Below, piece after piece: positions 8,173-16,487 of a stretch of 64,000 nt of DNA. The notes under the pieces are model-generated. The model saw only the letters and a program-made list of their open reading frames with translations, ran no database searches and was not told the origin of the DNA. Positions within the stretch are counted from its first letter, which is position 1. Each line of letters opens with the position of its first letter. A program made the translations under genes and the position numbers. Origin of the DNA: Candidatus Pelearchaeum maunauluense (GTDB taxonomy: Archaea > Thermoproteota > Nitrososphaeria_A > Caldarchaeales > Caldarchaeaceae); the NCBI GenBank assembly GCA_030059675.1, contig JANVYQ010000004.1, forward strand, positions 121,086 to 185,085, written 5' to 3'.

Positions 8173-8886
8173 TTACTCCTCCCGCATCTTCGGATACTTC
8201 AGCAGCTTTTTAGCTCTTTCAAAGAGGCTTGTACCAGATATACGGGGAGCTGATTCCAAGACATTCACGGTATTACCTTCATCACCAACCTCCTCAGGTC
8301 TAGCTGGCCTCTGGAGACCGAGCTTGGAGAGTATGCGCTTCTTCTCAGGGCTTGAATCCACATCAACCATGTGTCGTATGTTAAGCGTGTTGAGGCCATA
8401 TATTGTGCTCTCCAGAAGCTTACCGCGCTGAATCCCTATAGAAACCCTAACCGAAACCACCCTACCATCCTTGTTAATCCTGAACACCTTAAACTTGAGG
8501 CTTGATATTTTATGCGTCTTCCCATACTCCACAGGGTCTATAACCAGAGCAACAGCCTTGGGGAACATTAGCTGGTATCTCTTCTGCGTATCTATGTCTG
8601 TTGTTGAGAGAAACACGTCAAAGCCTGGGTGTGAGTGGTACCAGCCGACTATGTAAAGCCCTGAGTTTGTCTGGTGGAGCCACTCCGCCACCTCAGCCAT
8701 AACCGCCTCATCTAGATGGACGAAGACTGGAGTACCATGCTGCTCCCCTGTTACCGCGTCCCATATCTCAAGGACCTGGCTCTGCGCTCTCCCGACGAGG
8801 AGGCCTGCGACCTCCCTGTTAAGATTCGTGAGTGAGTGCTTAACTATCTTACCCAGAGCCAGCGGATATATGCGAGCTATCATCAC
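8173..8886 (-). CDS. JAB1/MPN/Mov34 (JAMM) metalloprotease, Rpn11-like
   Basis: Intact JAMM motif: EVAGLL...GWYHSHPGFDVFLSTTD; AVALVIDP. Confidence 0.92.
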   Translation of the reverse strand: MMIARIYPLALGKIVKHSLTNLNREVAGLLVGRAQSQVLEIWDAVTGEQHGTPVFVHLDEAVMAEVAEWLHQTNSGLYIVGWYHSHPGFDVFLSTTDIDTQKRYQLMFPKAVALVIDPVEYGKTHKISSLKFKVFRINKDGRVVSVRVSIGIQRGKLLESTIYGLNTLNIRHMVDVDSSPEKKRILSKLGLQRPARPEEVGDEGNTVNVLESAPRISGTSLFERAKKLLKYPKMREE

Positions 8887-8994
8887 CCCTAGCCTAACCC
8901 CTTGCCGCAGCGCTATGTATTAAAAGTTATGCTCATGTTATAAGCTCCTGAGATGACTAGAGCGTTCAGCCTGGTGATAATCCAGCAGTATCGC

Positions 8995-9918
8995 TCAGCC
9001 CATACCGCGTGTCTTAGCCTCATCAAGTATTCGCACAGCATCTACCGGGACGGATATGGGTAGCGGGAAAGCTGCTTCACTAAGCTCAAGCGTAATCTCG
9101 CGTTTAGGCTTATCTATACGTATAACCTTACCGACCATACCCCTCAACGGCCCAGAGACAATCTCAACAACCTGGCCAGTGGTTATGATGTCTATCAGCG
9201 GCTTCTCAACCAAGTGCGCGGCTATCTCGTCAAACGTGACCGTTATGAGCGGCCTATTCTTAATATGCCTAATGCCCTGCGAGACGGCTGCGACAGCCTC
9301 CTTATTCTTGGCCTCTATTAAGACATAGCCCCGAACAGTGGGTAGAATCAATATTGATGCAACATCTATCTTCTCCCTAATCCTAAACAGGAAGTCAAAG
9401 CTCTGCTCAATCCATCCATCATCTTTCCCACCTGTGAACGCCTTTCCTTCGGCGTATGTTTTGCTGGCGGTCTTATACCACAGATAGCTTCCAGACGCGC
9501 AGTCGGGGGCTGAGAGAACCAGGGCATAGGAGACGCCTCTCCTAACATCTATCATCGGCTCTATATTGACCTCATACCAGCCAGGCTCGGAAAGGAGGAG
9601 CGGGTCATACTTAACGCCCGATATCTTGTTTTCTAGGCTCACCCCATACTCTCCCACTCGGTAGAAATCCGCGTGGAGAGGTGCTGTAAGCTCACCCTCA
9701 CGCCCTAGATACAGGTAGAGCTTGGATATCGTCGTAGTCTTGGGTGCTGTGAATGTCTGGTAAGCCCTGCTCTCCGCGTTGATGCGCCAGGCCTCAAAAG
9801 GCTCGCCAGTCGTCTCAACGAGCACCTCAGTCAAACGCGCCTCAATAATACGCGCTACATTACGCTCCTGCCCAACCGTCGTCTTAACCGCGAAGTACCT
9901 ATACCCAGCAGAAGACAT
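8995..9918 (-). CDS. spt5: Transcription elongation factor Spt5 (NusG) with large internal insertion
   Basis: NGN (FAVKTTVGQERNVA...RGYVLIEA) and KOW (GQVVEIVSGPLRG) domains; 307 aa versus about 150 aa normally; next to secE. Confidence 0.9.
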   Translation of the reverse strand: MSSAGYRYFAVKTTVGQERNVARIIEARLTEVLVETTGEPFEAWRINAESRAYQTFTAPKTTTISKLYLYLGREGELTAPLHADFYRVGEYGVSLENKISGVKYDPLLLSEPGWYEVNIEPMIDVRRGVSYALVLSAPDCASGSYLWYKTASKTYAEGKAFTGGKDDGWIEQSFDFLFRIREKIDVASILILPTVRGYVLIEAKNKEAVAAVSQGIRHIKNRPLITVTFDEIAAHLVEKPLIDIITTGQVVEIVSGPLRGMVGKVIRIDKPKREITLELSEAAFPLPISVPVDAVRILDEAKTRGMG

Positions 9919-9981
9919 CCAATAATCAGCCTACCCCAATCGTTTATTAATTATTATCCCCTGCTACGCCGCAGGCTCTAT

Positions 9982-10152
9982 TTAAACGCCTCCCAGTGCT
10001 ATCGCCAGAAACCTAATGATGAATGCTATAAGCCCTACGATGGCTACTCCCAGTAGCGTGATGCGCATCGAGATGGAGAACTCTTCCCATGTCGGCTTCT
10101 TAGCCAGCTTCAGCAGCGTGGCTGCGGACTTCAGGAAGCTCTTCAGCCCCAA
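9982..10152 (-). CDS. secE: Protein translocase SecE/Sec61-gamma (56 aa, not in ORF track)
   Basis: Hand translation MGLKSFLKSAATLLKLAKKPTWEEFSISMRITLLGVAIVGLIAFIIRFLAIALGGV; KPTWEEF motif plus one TM; canonical position upstream of spt5. Confidence 0.9.
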   Translation of the reverse strand: MGLKSFLKSAATLLKLAKKPTWEEFSISMRITLLGVAIVGLIAFIIRFLAIALGGV

Positions 10153-10268
10153 GGGTCTCCAGCCTAGTGGGCTGGCTGGTCGTATATATGGTCATCCTAG
10201 GATCGTGCCAGCTAGCGCGGCCCTACTGTAAGGCTGCCTTACTGAAGAGACGCGGAGCGCGACCGCTA

Positions 10269-11222
10269 TTACCTAAGCCTGCCCATGAGGAAGAGTAGGA
10301 GCGCCGCCTCGGTGTGCATACGGTTCTCAGCCTGGTCGTAGATTATTGAGCTAGGCCCATAAGCCACATTAGCCGTTACCTCCTCGCCTAAATGCATGGG
10401 CATGCAGTGCATGAACTTTGCATCTGGCTTAGCGTGCTTCATGAGCTCTGCGTTAACCTGGTATTTGGGTAGAAATTCTCTGAGCTTCTTCTCCCTCTCC
10501 TCTTCCTGGCCCATAGATACGAAGACATCGGTATATACGAAGTCTGCCTCTGCCACAGCCTCGGCTGGGTCGTCGGTTAATGTTATCTCCGCGCCGCTCT
10601 CCTCGGCCCATTTTAGAGCTTTGGATACCGTCTCGCTGTCTGGCTTGTAGCTTGGTGGTGTGGCGACTGAAAGCCTCAGGCCCAGCAACCCGCATATCTG
10701 AATTAGTGAGTTGCACACGTTATTCCCATCACCCACAAACGCTATCTTGCTCCTGCTTGGTTTTTTGCTATACTGCATTACCGTCATGATGTCGGCAAGC
10801 GCCTGGCATGGATGGTGCTTGTCGCTGAGAGCGTTAATTACGGGTACTGCGCTGTGGGCGGCCAGCTCTTCTACCATGCTGTGCTGGAAAACCCGCGCAA
10901 CAACAGCATCAACATATCTCGCCAATACCCGCGAGGTGTCTGAGACTGGCTCACCTCTACCCAGCTGGAGCTCTGACCAGCCCAGATACATAGAATCGCC
11001 GCCAAGCCGTGCTATAGCTGACTGGAATGAGACCCTTGTCCTTGTTGATGGTTTTTGGAATATGAGTGCCACAACCTTGTTGCGTAGCGGCTTGCTGGCG
11101 GGGTAGCCGCGTTTCCTGAACAGCAACGCGGCCTTCAGTATCTTGTTTATTTCGCGCGCTGTGTAGCCATCATAATCTAGGAAATGCTTGACTCTCTGCA
11201 TGTCGCGGCGCGCTTCCCCCAT
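10269..11222 (-). CDS. argF: Ornithine carbamoyltransferase
   Basis: KPSTRTR, HPCQALAD, GDGNNV, DVFVSMG, HCMP and QAENR motifs. Confidence 0.95.
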   Translation of the reverse strand: MGEARRDMQRVKHFLDYDGYTAREINKILKAALLFRKRGYPASKPLRNKVVALIFQKPSTRTRVSFQSAIARLGGDSMYLGWSELQLGRGEPVSDTSRVLARYVDAVVARVFQHSMVEELAAHSAVPVINALSDKHHPCQALADIMTVMQYSKKPSRSKIAFVGDGNNVCNSLIQICGLLGLRLSVATPPSYKPDSETVSKALKWAEESGAEITLTDDPAEAVAEADFVYTDVFVSMGQEEEREKKLREFLPKYQVNAELMKHAKPDAKFMHCMPMHLGEEVTANVAYGPSSIIYDQAENRMHTEAALLLFLMGRLR

Positions 11223-11419
11223 GTTGTATTAATTATTAACATTATCTTAAAACGGTTAATACTAAAAAACTATAATGAAACAACCAATATTTGATAAAAA
11301 TAATTAAAGAGAAATCAGGTATGAGCCGAATGTTCCTTAAATATGCCTACCAAAAACCCAGCCATAACCACGTATGCATAAATCTCATGCTCCCAACTCG
11401 CTGGCGCGTATGCGAATTC

Positions 11420-11427
11420 TTTAAATA
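11420..11427 (+). promoter_or_regulatory. Putative TATA box upstream of the HTH/ATP-cone gene
   Basis: TTTAAATA in the divergent intergenic region. Confidence 0.4.
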
Positions 11428-11455
11428 GTCTAGTTATGTGAGCATGGCCTTCGTA

Positions 11456-11517
11456 TTACTGGACCCCGCTACGCGAATAATCCAATAAAATAGGTGAGCA
11501 TAGCGGTTCTCCAGTAA
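11456..11517. other. Two-part stem-loop in intergenic region
   Basis: TTACTGGA(11456-63)/TCCAGTAA(11510-17) and CCGCTA(11466-71)/TAGCGG(11501-06). Confidence 0.5.
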
Positions 11518-11522
11518 GGTCT

Positions 11523-13274
11523 ATGGCTATCAGAAGCTTGGATGAGGCTGCTGTGCTAGACGCCCTAGCGTCGCCCAAGAGGCTAGCTATTCTGAGGACG
11601 CTCGCGCAGCAGCCTATGAACTATACCGAGCTTATGAAGTCTGTTGGGATGACCAAGCAGAGGGATGCGGGAAAGTTCTCCTACCACCTGAAGAAGCTCC
11701 TCTCAACAGACCTTGTCCGCGTTAATGAGAAGACTAAGCTCTATGAGCTCTCCAAGCGCGGGCACGCGGCGCTTGCCCTCATTTCAGACATGCGCAAAAA
11801 CTTGGAAGCCCTTGATATGCTGATAGTCAGGAGAACCGAGCTGACGGTGGAGCCTTTTGACAAGAACAAGATAGTTAATGTGCTGATCAACGAGGCCGGC
11901 GTCCCTCCCCGACTGGCTAACCGCGTCGCCTCCCTAGCTGAGGAGAAGCTACTAGACCTCAACGTGGAGTATCTATCAGCTCCCCTGATAAGGGAAATCG
12001 TAAACTCCATACTGATAGATATGGGGCTTGAACGCTATAGGCATAAGCTCATAAGGGTTGGTATGCCTCTCTACGATGTTTCCCGCCTCCTTAACGATTC
12101 TGTGAAGAGGCGCGATCCGTATGGTTTGATAGTTAGTACCTCGCAGGCCGTCATAAGGGAGTTTATACTCTTTGACGTATTGCCCAGAAATGTAAGCGAC
12201 GCCCATATCACGGGGAACATACATCTTGACAACATAGGTAGCTGGCCGTATGGTGAGTATGCCAAGTCATACAGCTATCATGATGAGGTCATAAACAGTA
12301 TAGTGGATGAGAGCCTCTACATAGATGCCGAAACTGGGATAGAGATTGAGCTGAAGAACAGGCGGGAGCTGGAGAAGCTGAGCAGGACAGTACAACAGCT
12401 GGATAAGATAGACATGCTGAAGAAGAAGCTGGTGTCGCTGATTATAGAGTACGACCCGGTGCTGATTCGCCATATACATGAGAAGACGGCAAACGCTAGA
12501 GTGAGCATAGTAGCCTACGCCGACAGCGACTTGAATAACGACGAGAATATGATTGATGAGCTTGTGCAGAATATTGGGCAAAGAATATCGCTATCCCTCG
12601 CTGGTGTAAAGTTCTTCGCCTCAGGATATAGCATTAACGATGGCCACCCAATCTCTGGCGTCGCGGCCATAAACCTACCACGCCTAGCCATATCCTCCGA
12701 GGGAGACGAGAACAAGCTCTGGAGCTCTTTAAGAAACTGCTTTGAGAACATAGCCCAGGCTTTCATAAAGAAGTATGAGATGCTCCGCGAGTTGCGTGGT
12801 AGGGAGGCTGGGGGATATTTCGTCGTGTCTGGCTGCGGCGTGGGTGAGGCGCTCAGAATACTTGACAACAAGTCGGAGAAGCCCAACATAGAGGTTCTCA
12901 AGGAGCTTGTCAGGAGGATGGAGAGGGAAGCTAGACGGGCTGGCCGCGATAAGGTGAGCATAGTCATCGGAAGCGTCTGCTCATATGATGCTGCGCGTAG
13001 GATGTATAGGATAGACTCTTCCGAGTTTGGTCATAAGCGGTTGTCAGAGCTCGTTTCGGGTAGGTATGAGCATTATACAACATCGGTCTATGAGCTTTTC
13101 AAGGAGATGAGCCAGCGCGAAGTGCTTGATGCTCTCGCTGAGATGCTACAGTTCTTCACTGGCGGGTTTTTGGTAGGCGTATCTGGTAGGCGCGAGGCTT
13201 GGGCTCGTCTAATCCCAGCGCTGTTTCAATGTGTTGAGGAGCGTAAGGGCAGGGTCATGATACAGCCAGCGTAG
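11523..13274 (+). CDS. wHTH + ATP-cone + degenerate class III ribonucleotide reductase (NrdD)-like domain
   Basis: ArsR-like HTH (ALASPKRLAIL...FSYHLKKL); ATP-cone (VRRTELTVEPFDKNKI...LSAPLIREIV); NrdD-like DAHITGNIHL and AINLPRLA; no RVxGY or C-terminal Zn site. Confidence 0.8.
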   Translation: MAIRSLDEAAVLDALASPKRLAILRTLAQQPMNYTELMKSVGMTKQRDAGKFSYHLKKLLSTDLVRVNEKTKLYELSKRGHAALALISDMRKNLEALDMLIVRRTELTVEPFDKNKIVNVLINEAGVPPRLANRVASLAEEKLLDLNVEYLSAPLIREIVNSILIDMGLERYRHKLIRVGMPLYDVSRLLNDSVKRRDPYGLIVSTSQAVIREFILFDVLPRNVSDAHITGNIHLDNIGSWPYGEYAKSYSYHDEVINSIVDESLYIDAETGIEIELKNRRELEKLSRTVQQLDKIDMLKKKLVSLIIEYDPVLIRHIHEKTANARVSIVAYADSDLNNDENMIDELVQNIGQRISLSLAGVKFFASGYSINDGHPISGVAAINLPRLAISSEGDENKLWSSLRNCFENIAQAFIKKYEMLRELRGREAGGYFVVSGCGVGEALRILDNKSEKPNIEVLKELVRRMEREARRAGRDKVSIVIGSVCSYDAARRMYRIDSSEFGHKRLSELVSGRYEHYTTSVYELFKEMSQREVLDALAEMLQFFTGGFLVGVSGRREAWARLIPALFQCVEERKGRVMIQPA

Positions 13275-13276
13275 CG

Positions 13277-13657
13277 CTATTTCCTAGTTTTAAGCAGTAG
13301 TATAGCCCTAGCCAGGTCGCCGCGTGCCTCTTGAAGGGCTTTACGCGCTTCTTCCTCGCTCGCGCCCGACTGGGCCATGACCAGCATCACATCATCGTCG
13401 CTGGGGGTGTATTCCTCCACCTGCTCCTCACTAGGCGCTGTAGGGGCTCTTTCCTCAGCCTCGCCGCCAACAATCTGGAATATCCTCTCCTTCTCAACCT
13501 GAAGCGCGACGACGGAGGGGCTTCGGACAACAATCTCCTTATCGTGGAATCTTATCACAACCTCTTCTGCCGTACCGAGCTCTTTTAGGTCTAATCCCAA
13601 ACTGCCCAACATGCGTGCCTGCATACGCCGGAGCTCGCGCGGACTAAGCCTCTTCAA
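13277..13657 (-). CDS. nac: Nascent polypeptide-associated complex protein
   Basis: SPRELRRM, NAC beta domain, C-terminal UBA-like DVMLVMAQSGASEEEARKAL...GDLARAIL; TTG 13657 with SD GGGGAGG. Confidence 0.92.
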   Translation of the reverse strand: MKRLSPRELRRMQARMLGSLGLDLKELGTAEEVVIRFHDKEIVVRSPSVVALQVEKERIFQIVGGEAEERAPTAPSEEQVEEYTPSDDDVMLVMAQSGASEEEARKALQEARGDLARAILLLKTRK

Positions 13658-13768
13658 GGAAATCCTCCCCTTTAGCCCATGCTCTCTCCCTAAAAACATT
13701 ATACCGCACAAAACTATATACACCCCAACGGTGAGAGAAGTATTGAAGAAGAAAGTATACGTGCTATC

Positions 13769-14314
13769 GTGGAGGTAATCGTCCCCTCGCGTAAGACTGT
13801 CCTAATCTTCCTAGGCCTATCGTTCCTCAGCATAGCGGGGGCGGTTCAGAGCTACGCTTTCGGGGATGATGTTCCATGCGTGGAGAAGCCTCCTCTCTAC
13901 GATGCCTTAAGACCTTATGGCTTCTGGTTTCCGTGGATAATCTTTACAGCTCCGCTGCATGTTGCAGCAGCTTTAATCTGCGGCTCTGGCGATTTATGCA
14001 TCCAGCTCCTCTCCAGCTTCCCATCCATGGGTGCCGTAAAGTTCCCGCTAGCCAGCGTCTTATACTCCTCCGCTGCGGCGTGCTGGGTTGTTTATAGCTG
14101 GAGACGATGGTGCGTTGCTGCACCAAGAGATACGCGCATACTACTATTGTTAGTCCCACTAGCGCCAGCGCTCTTTCTCGGCAGACCTTCCATACCAACA
14201 ATTATAGTATTTCCCCTATTTGTGGTCTCTACATTCCTCCTACTATACGGCGTCTTCATAGTATATTCTGTGGCTATTTACGGGCTATTCAGGGGCGTGC
14301 GCGCCCTCTTCTAG
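13769..14314 (+). CDS. Hypothetical membrane protein
   Basis: Several hydrophobic segments; fills the gap between nac and the PUA gene. Confidence 0.55.
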   Translation: MEVIVPSRKTVLIFLGLSFLSIAGAVQSYAFGDDVPCVEKPPLYDALRPYGFWFPWIIFTAPLHVAAALICGSGDLCIQLLSSFPSMGAVKFPLASVLYSSAAACWVVYSWRRWCVAAPRDTRILLLLVPLAPALFLGRPSIPTIIVFPLFVVSTFLLLYGVFIVYSVAIYGLFRGVRALF

Positions 14315-14770
14315 AATCCCCTGCCTGACCTTCACGGCCACGCCTCGCTTGAGCAGCCCCATCTCAAGACCAGAGATTACAGCCCTCCCCACAGCTACCA
14401 ACTCGCCGCGCAAATCTTCAACAATCACCTCCTCGCGCGGGACAATCTGAGGATCGCGCTGCACGACATGCTTTGAGAAGACGTCGCCTCCTCTCTTGAT
14501 GAACTCCACAGCCTCATCCGCAACTCTAACACGCAGCCTATCCGCGGGGAGTGCTAGACGTAGCCGCCGCGCCCCTTCTAGGGTTAGTGCCAGCATCCCG
14601 TCGGATGGTCTTAGGGTGGCTAGGAGCCTCCCGTCGTGGTAGACTCGGCGTACCCAGCCTGTTCTGCTGGACAGCTCAAAGACTACGCTGTCTGGGAAGA
14701 GTGCTGCGCCGACACCAGCCCCGAACTGGAAATCAGCTATGAGGCGGACTGTTTCCAGCTCATACCGCAT
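14285..14770 (-). CDS. PUA-domain RNA-binding protein (archaeosine TGT C-terminal-like)
   Basis: ADFQFGAG, LATLRPSDG, GGDVFSKHV and GVAVKVR motifs. Confidence 0.85.
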   Translation of the reverse strand: MRYELETVRLIADFQFGAGVGAALFPDSVVFELSSRTGWVRRVYHDGRLLATLRPSDGMLALTLEGARRLRLALPADRLRVRVADEAVEFIKRGGDVFSKHVVQRDPQIVPREEVIVEDLRGELVAVGRAVISGLEMGLLKRGVAVKVRQGILEEGAHAPE

Positions 14771-16046
14771 GGCCGTCCACCACCCTAAAGCCGCTGGCAA
14801 CCTTGCGTATCTTCTCAGCTATGTGGATGGGTGCTTCAATATCCATATCCACATGACTTCCGTCAAACTCAAGTTTTATGACGTGGCAGTTCTCCTTGAC
14901 CTCTGTGAGGAGCGGGTATATTGTTGTCCCGTTGTCTAGACGGGCTTCAACCCTTATGTAGCCGCCCATCATCTCCGCTATGCTCCTCTCCAGCTCGTCT
15001 ATGTTCATCCCACATAGGGCTGATACCGCCACATAACGCAGACCAACCCCAAGCTGCGAGATTTTCTTCTCCAGCTCATCGTTTGAGGAGAGCTTGTCAA
15101 TCTTGTTAAAGACTAGTAGTACAGGAACGTTATCAACCCCTATATCGTCAAGAACATCAAGCGAGGAGTTTATCTTATTCCCCATAACGTCTGTAGGCTC
15201 CGACGCATCAACCACCAGGAGTATGAGGTCTGCGTATATGAGCTCGCTTAGGGTTGAGTTGAACGCATCAACCAGTAGTGGGGGTAGGTTTTTGATGAAT
15301 CCTACGGTGTCTGAGAGATACGCCTTCTTCCCAGCCACCCGTACTATCCTAGTGGTTGTGGATAGTGTTGTGAAGAGCTGCGGGCTTACTGGCACTGACT
15401 CGCGGGTGAGCACGTTGAAGAGCGTTGATTTCCCAGCGTTGGTGTAGCCTGTCAGGGATACCGCTGGTATCCCATGCTCAGCCCTTCTCCTCCTGAAGAG
15501 GTTTCGCCGCCTCTTGATATCCTCCAGCTTATCAACTATCGTGGATATCCTCCTGCTGACCTCGTCGTAGTAGATGTCCGCCTCATAGGCGCCCAGGCCG
15601 TGAAAGCCTGGCTGCTCGCCCTTCTTGGCCAGCCTAACCTTCTCCTTAGCCCTGGAGAGCTCATACTTCAGCTCAGCGAGCTTAATCTGCAACTTAGCCT
15701 CGGTTGAGGCTGCGTGCTGCGTGAATATCTCAAGAATGAGCTGTGTGCGGCTTATCACAGGAACGCCGAGGCTCTTAGCCAGGTTATACTCCTGGACAGG
15801 CTTTATCTCATTCTCAAAAATAACCTTCTGAATACCCAGGTTCTTCACGGCCTTTCTAAGCTCCTCAACCTTCCCAGGGCCTATGTGGTATCTGGGATGC
15901 GGGTGCCTCACCTGGGTTATTGAATAGACAGGCTCATAGCCAGCTGTCTTGCAGAGCTCCTTCAACTCATCTAGGTTATACTCGCTTTTGCTGAGCATCC
16001 GCTGTACTACGGCAACCTTCACCCGCTCACCTGCCACCTCTAGCAT
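14760..16046 (-). CDS. hflX: GTPase HflX
   Basis: ILEIF...EAKLQIKLAEL, GEQPG, GYTNAGKST, LFTTL, DTVGFI and NKID motifs. Confidence 0.95.
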   Translation of the reverse strand: MLEVAGERVKVAVVQRMLSKSEYNLDELKELCKTAGYEPVYSITQVRHPHPRYHIGPGKVEELRKAVKNLGIQKVIFENEIKPVQEYNLAKSLGVPVISRTQLILEIFTQHAASTEAKLQIKLAELKYELSRAKEKVRLAKKGEQPGFHGLGAYEADIYYDEVSRRISTIVDKLEDIKRRRNLFRRRRAEHGIPAVSLTGYTNAGKSTLFNVLTRESVPVSPQLFTTLSTTTRIVRVAGKKAYLSDTVGFIKNLPPLLVDAFNSTLSELIYADLILLVVDASEPTDVMGNKINSSLDVLDDIGVDNVPVLLVFNKIDKLSSNDELEKKISQLGVGLRYVAVSALCGMNIDELERSIAEMMGGYIRVEARLDNGTTIYPLLTEVKENCHVIKLEFDGSHVDMDIEAPIHIAEKIRKVASGFRVVDGHAV

Positions 16047-16099
16047 GGAGAATCGCTAGGCATCGTTTAAATCTTGAGCCTGCTCTAACGTTCTAGAAG

Positions 16100-16450
16100 C
16101 TATAACGTCTGGCCGCTCTTCTTCAGAACGTCCTCCAGCGTGTATCCCGTCTGTTGGGGCTTTGAGGCTTTGGGCAGGCTTGTGGCGTATTCCTCTGGGG
16201 CTTCCTGGACTATTGTTATCTTGAGAGCCTTCTCAAGCCTGCGCGCCAGCTCTATTGGAGGGTGGAAGACGCCCTGCTCTATCTTCCTAATCACGGTAGC
16301 CTTTTCCTTGACGAGCGCGGCCAGCTCTTCCTGCGATAGGCCCATTTTCTCGCGCGCCCGCCTCACCTGCTCCCCAAAATCCTCAACATACTCATACTCC
16401 TCTGCCAGTAATCCCTTATTGCGGGGCTTTCTCCTCAAAGGCTGGGGCAT
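16100..16450 (-). CDS. mbf1: Archaeal MBF1 (Cro-like HTH) without N-terminal Zn ribbon
   Basis: EDFGEQVRRAREKMGLSQEELA...KIEQG...LEKAL and YTLED tail; conserved mbf1-hflX-PUA-nac context. Confidence 0.85.
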   Translation of the reverse strand: MPQPLRRKPRNKGLLAEEYEYVEDFGEQVRRAREKMGLSQEELAALVKEKATVIRKIEQGVFHPPIELARRLEKALKITIVQEAPEEYATSLPKASKPQQTGYTLEDVLKKSGQTL

Positions 16451-16487
16451 AATAGCAACACCACACAACTAACTATGTAATCCTACC

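Noticed and set aside
9373-9828. Spt5 insert as an intein or homing element
   Set aside because: No terminal His-Asn followed by C/S/T and no LAGLIDADG or HNH motifs
11456-11517. Hairpin as an archaeal SECIS or H/ACA RNA
   Set aside because: On the minus strand GAA is opposed by GG rather than A; no properly placed ACA box or clear K-turn; no selenoprotein candidate adjacent
11223-11520. AT-rich intergenic region as a replication origin
   Set aside because: No convincing repeated ORB elements (only TCCAGT partial matches) and no cdc6/orc1 nearby
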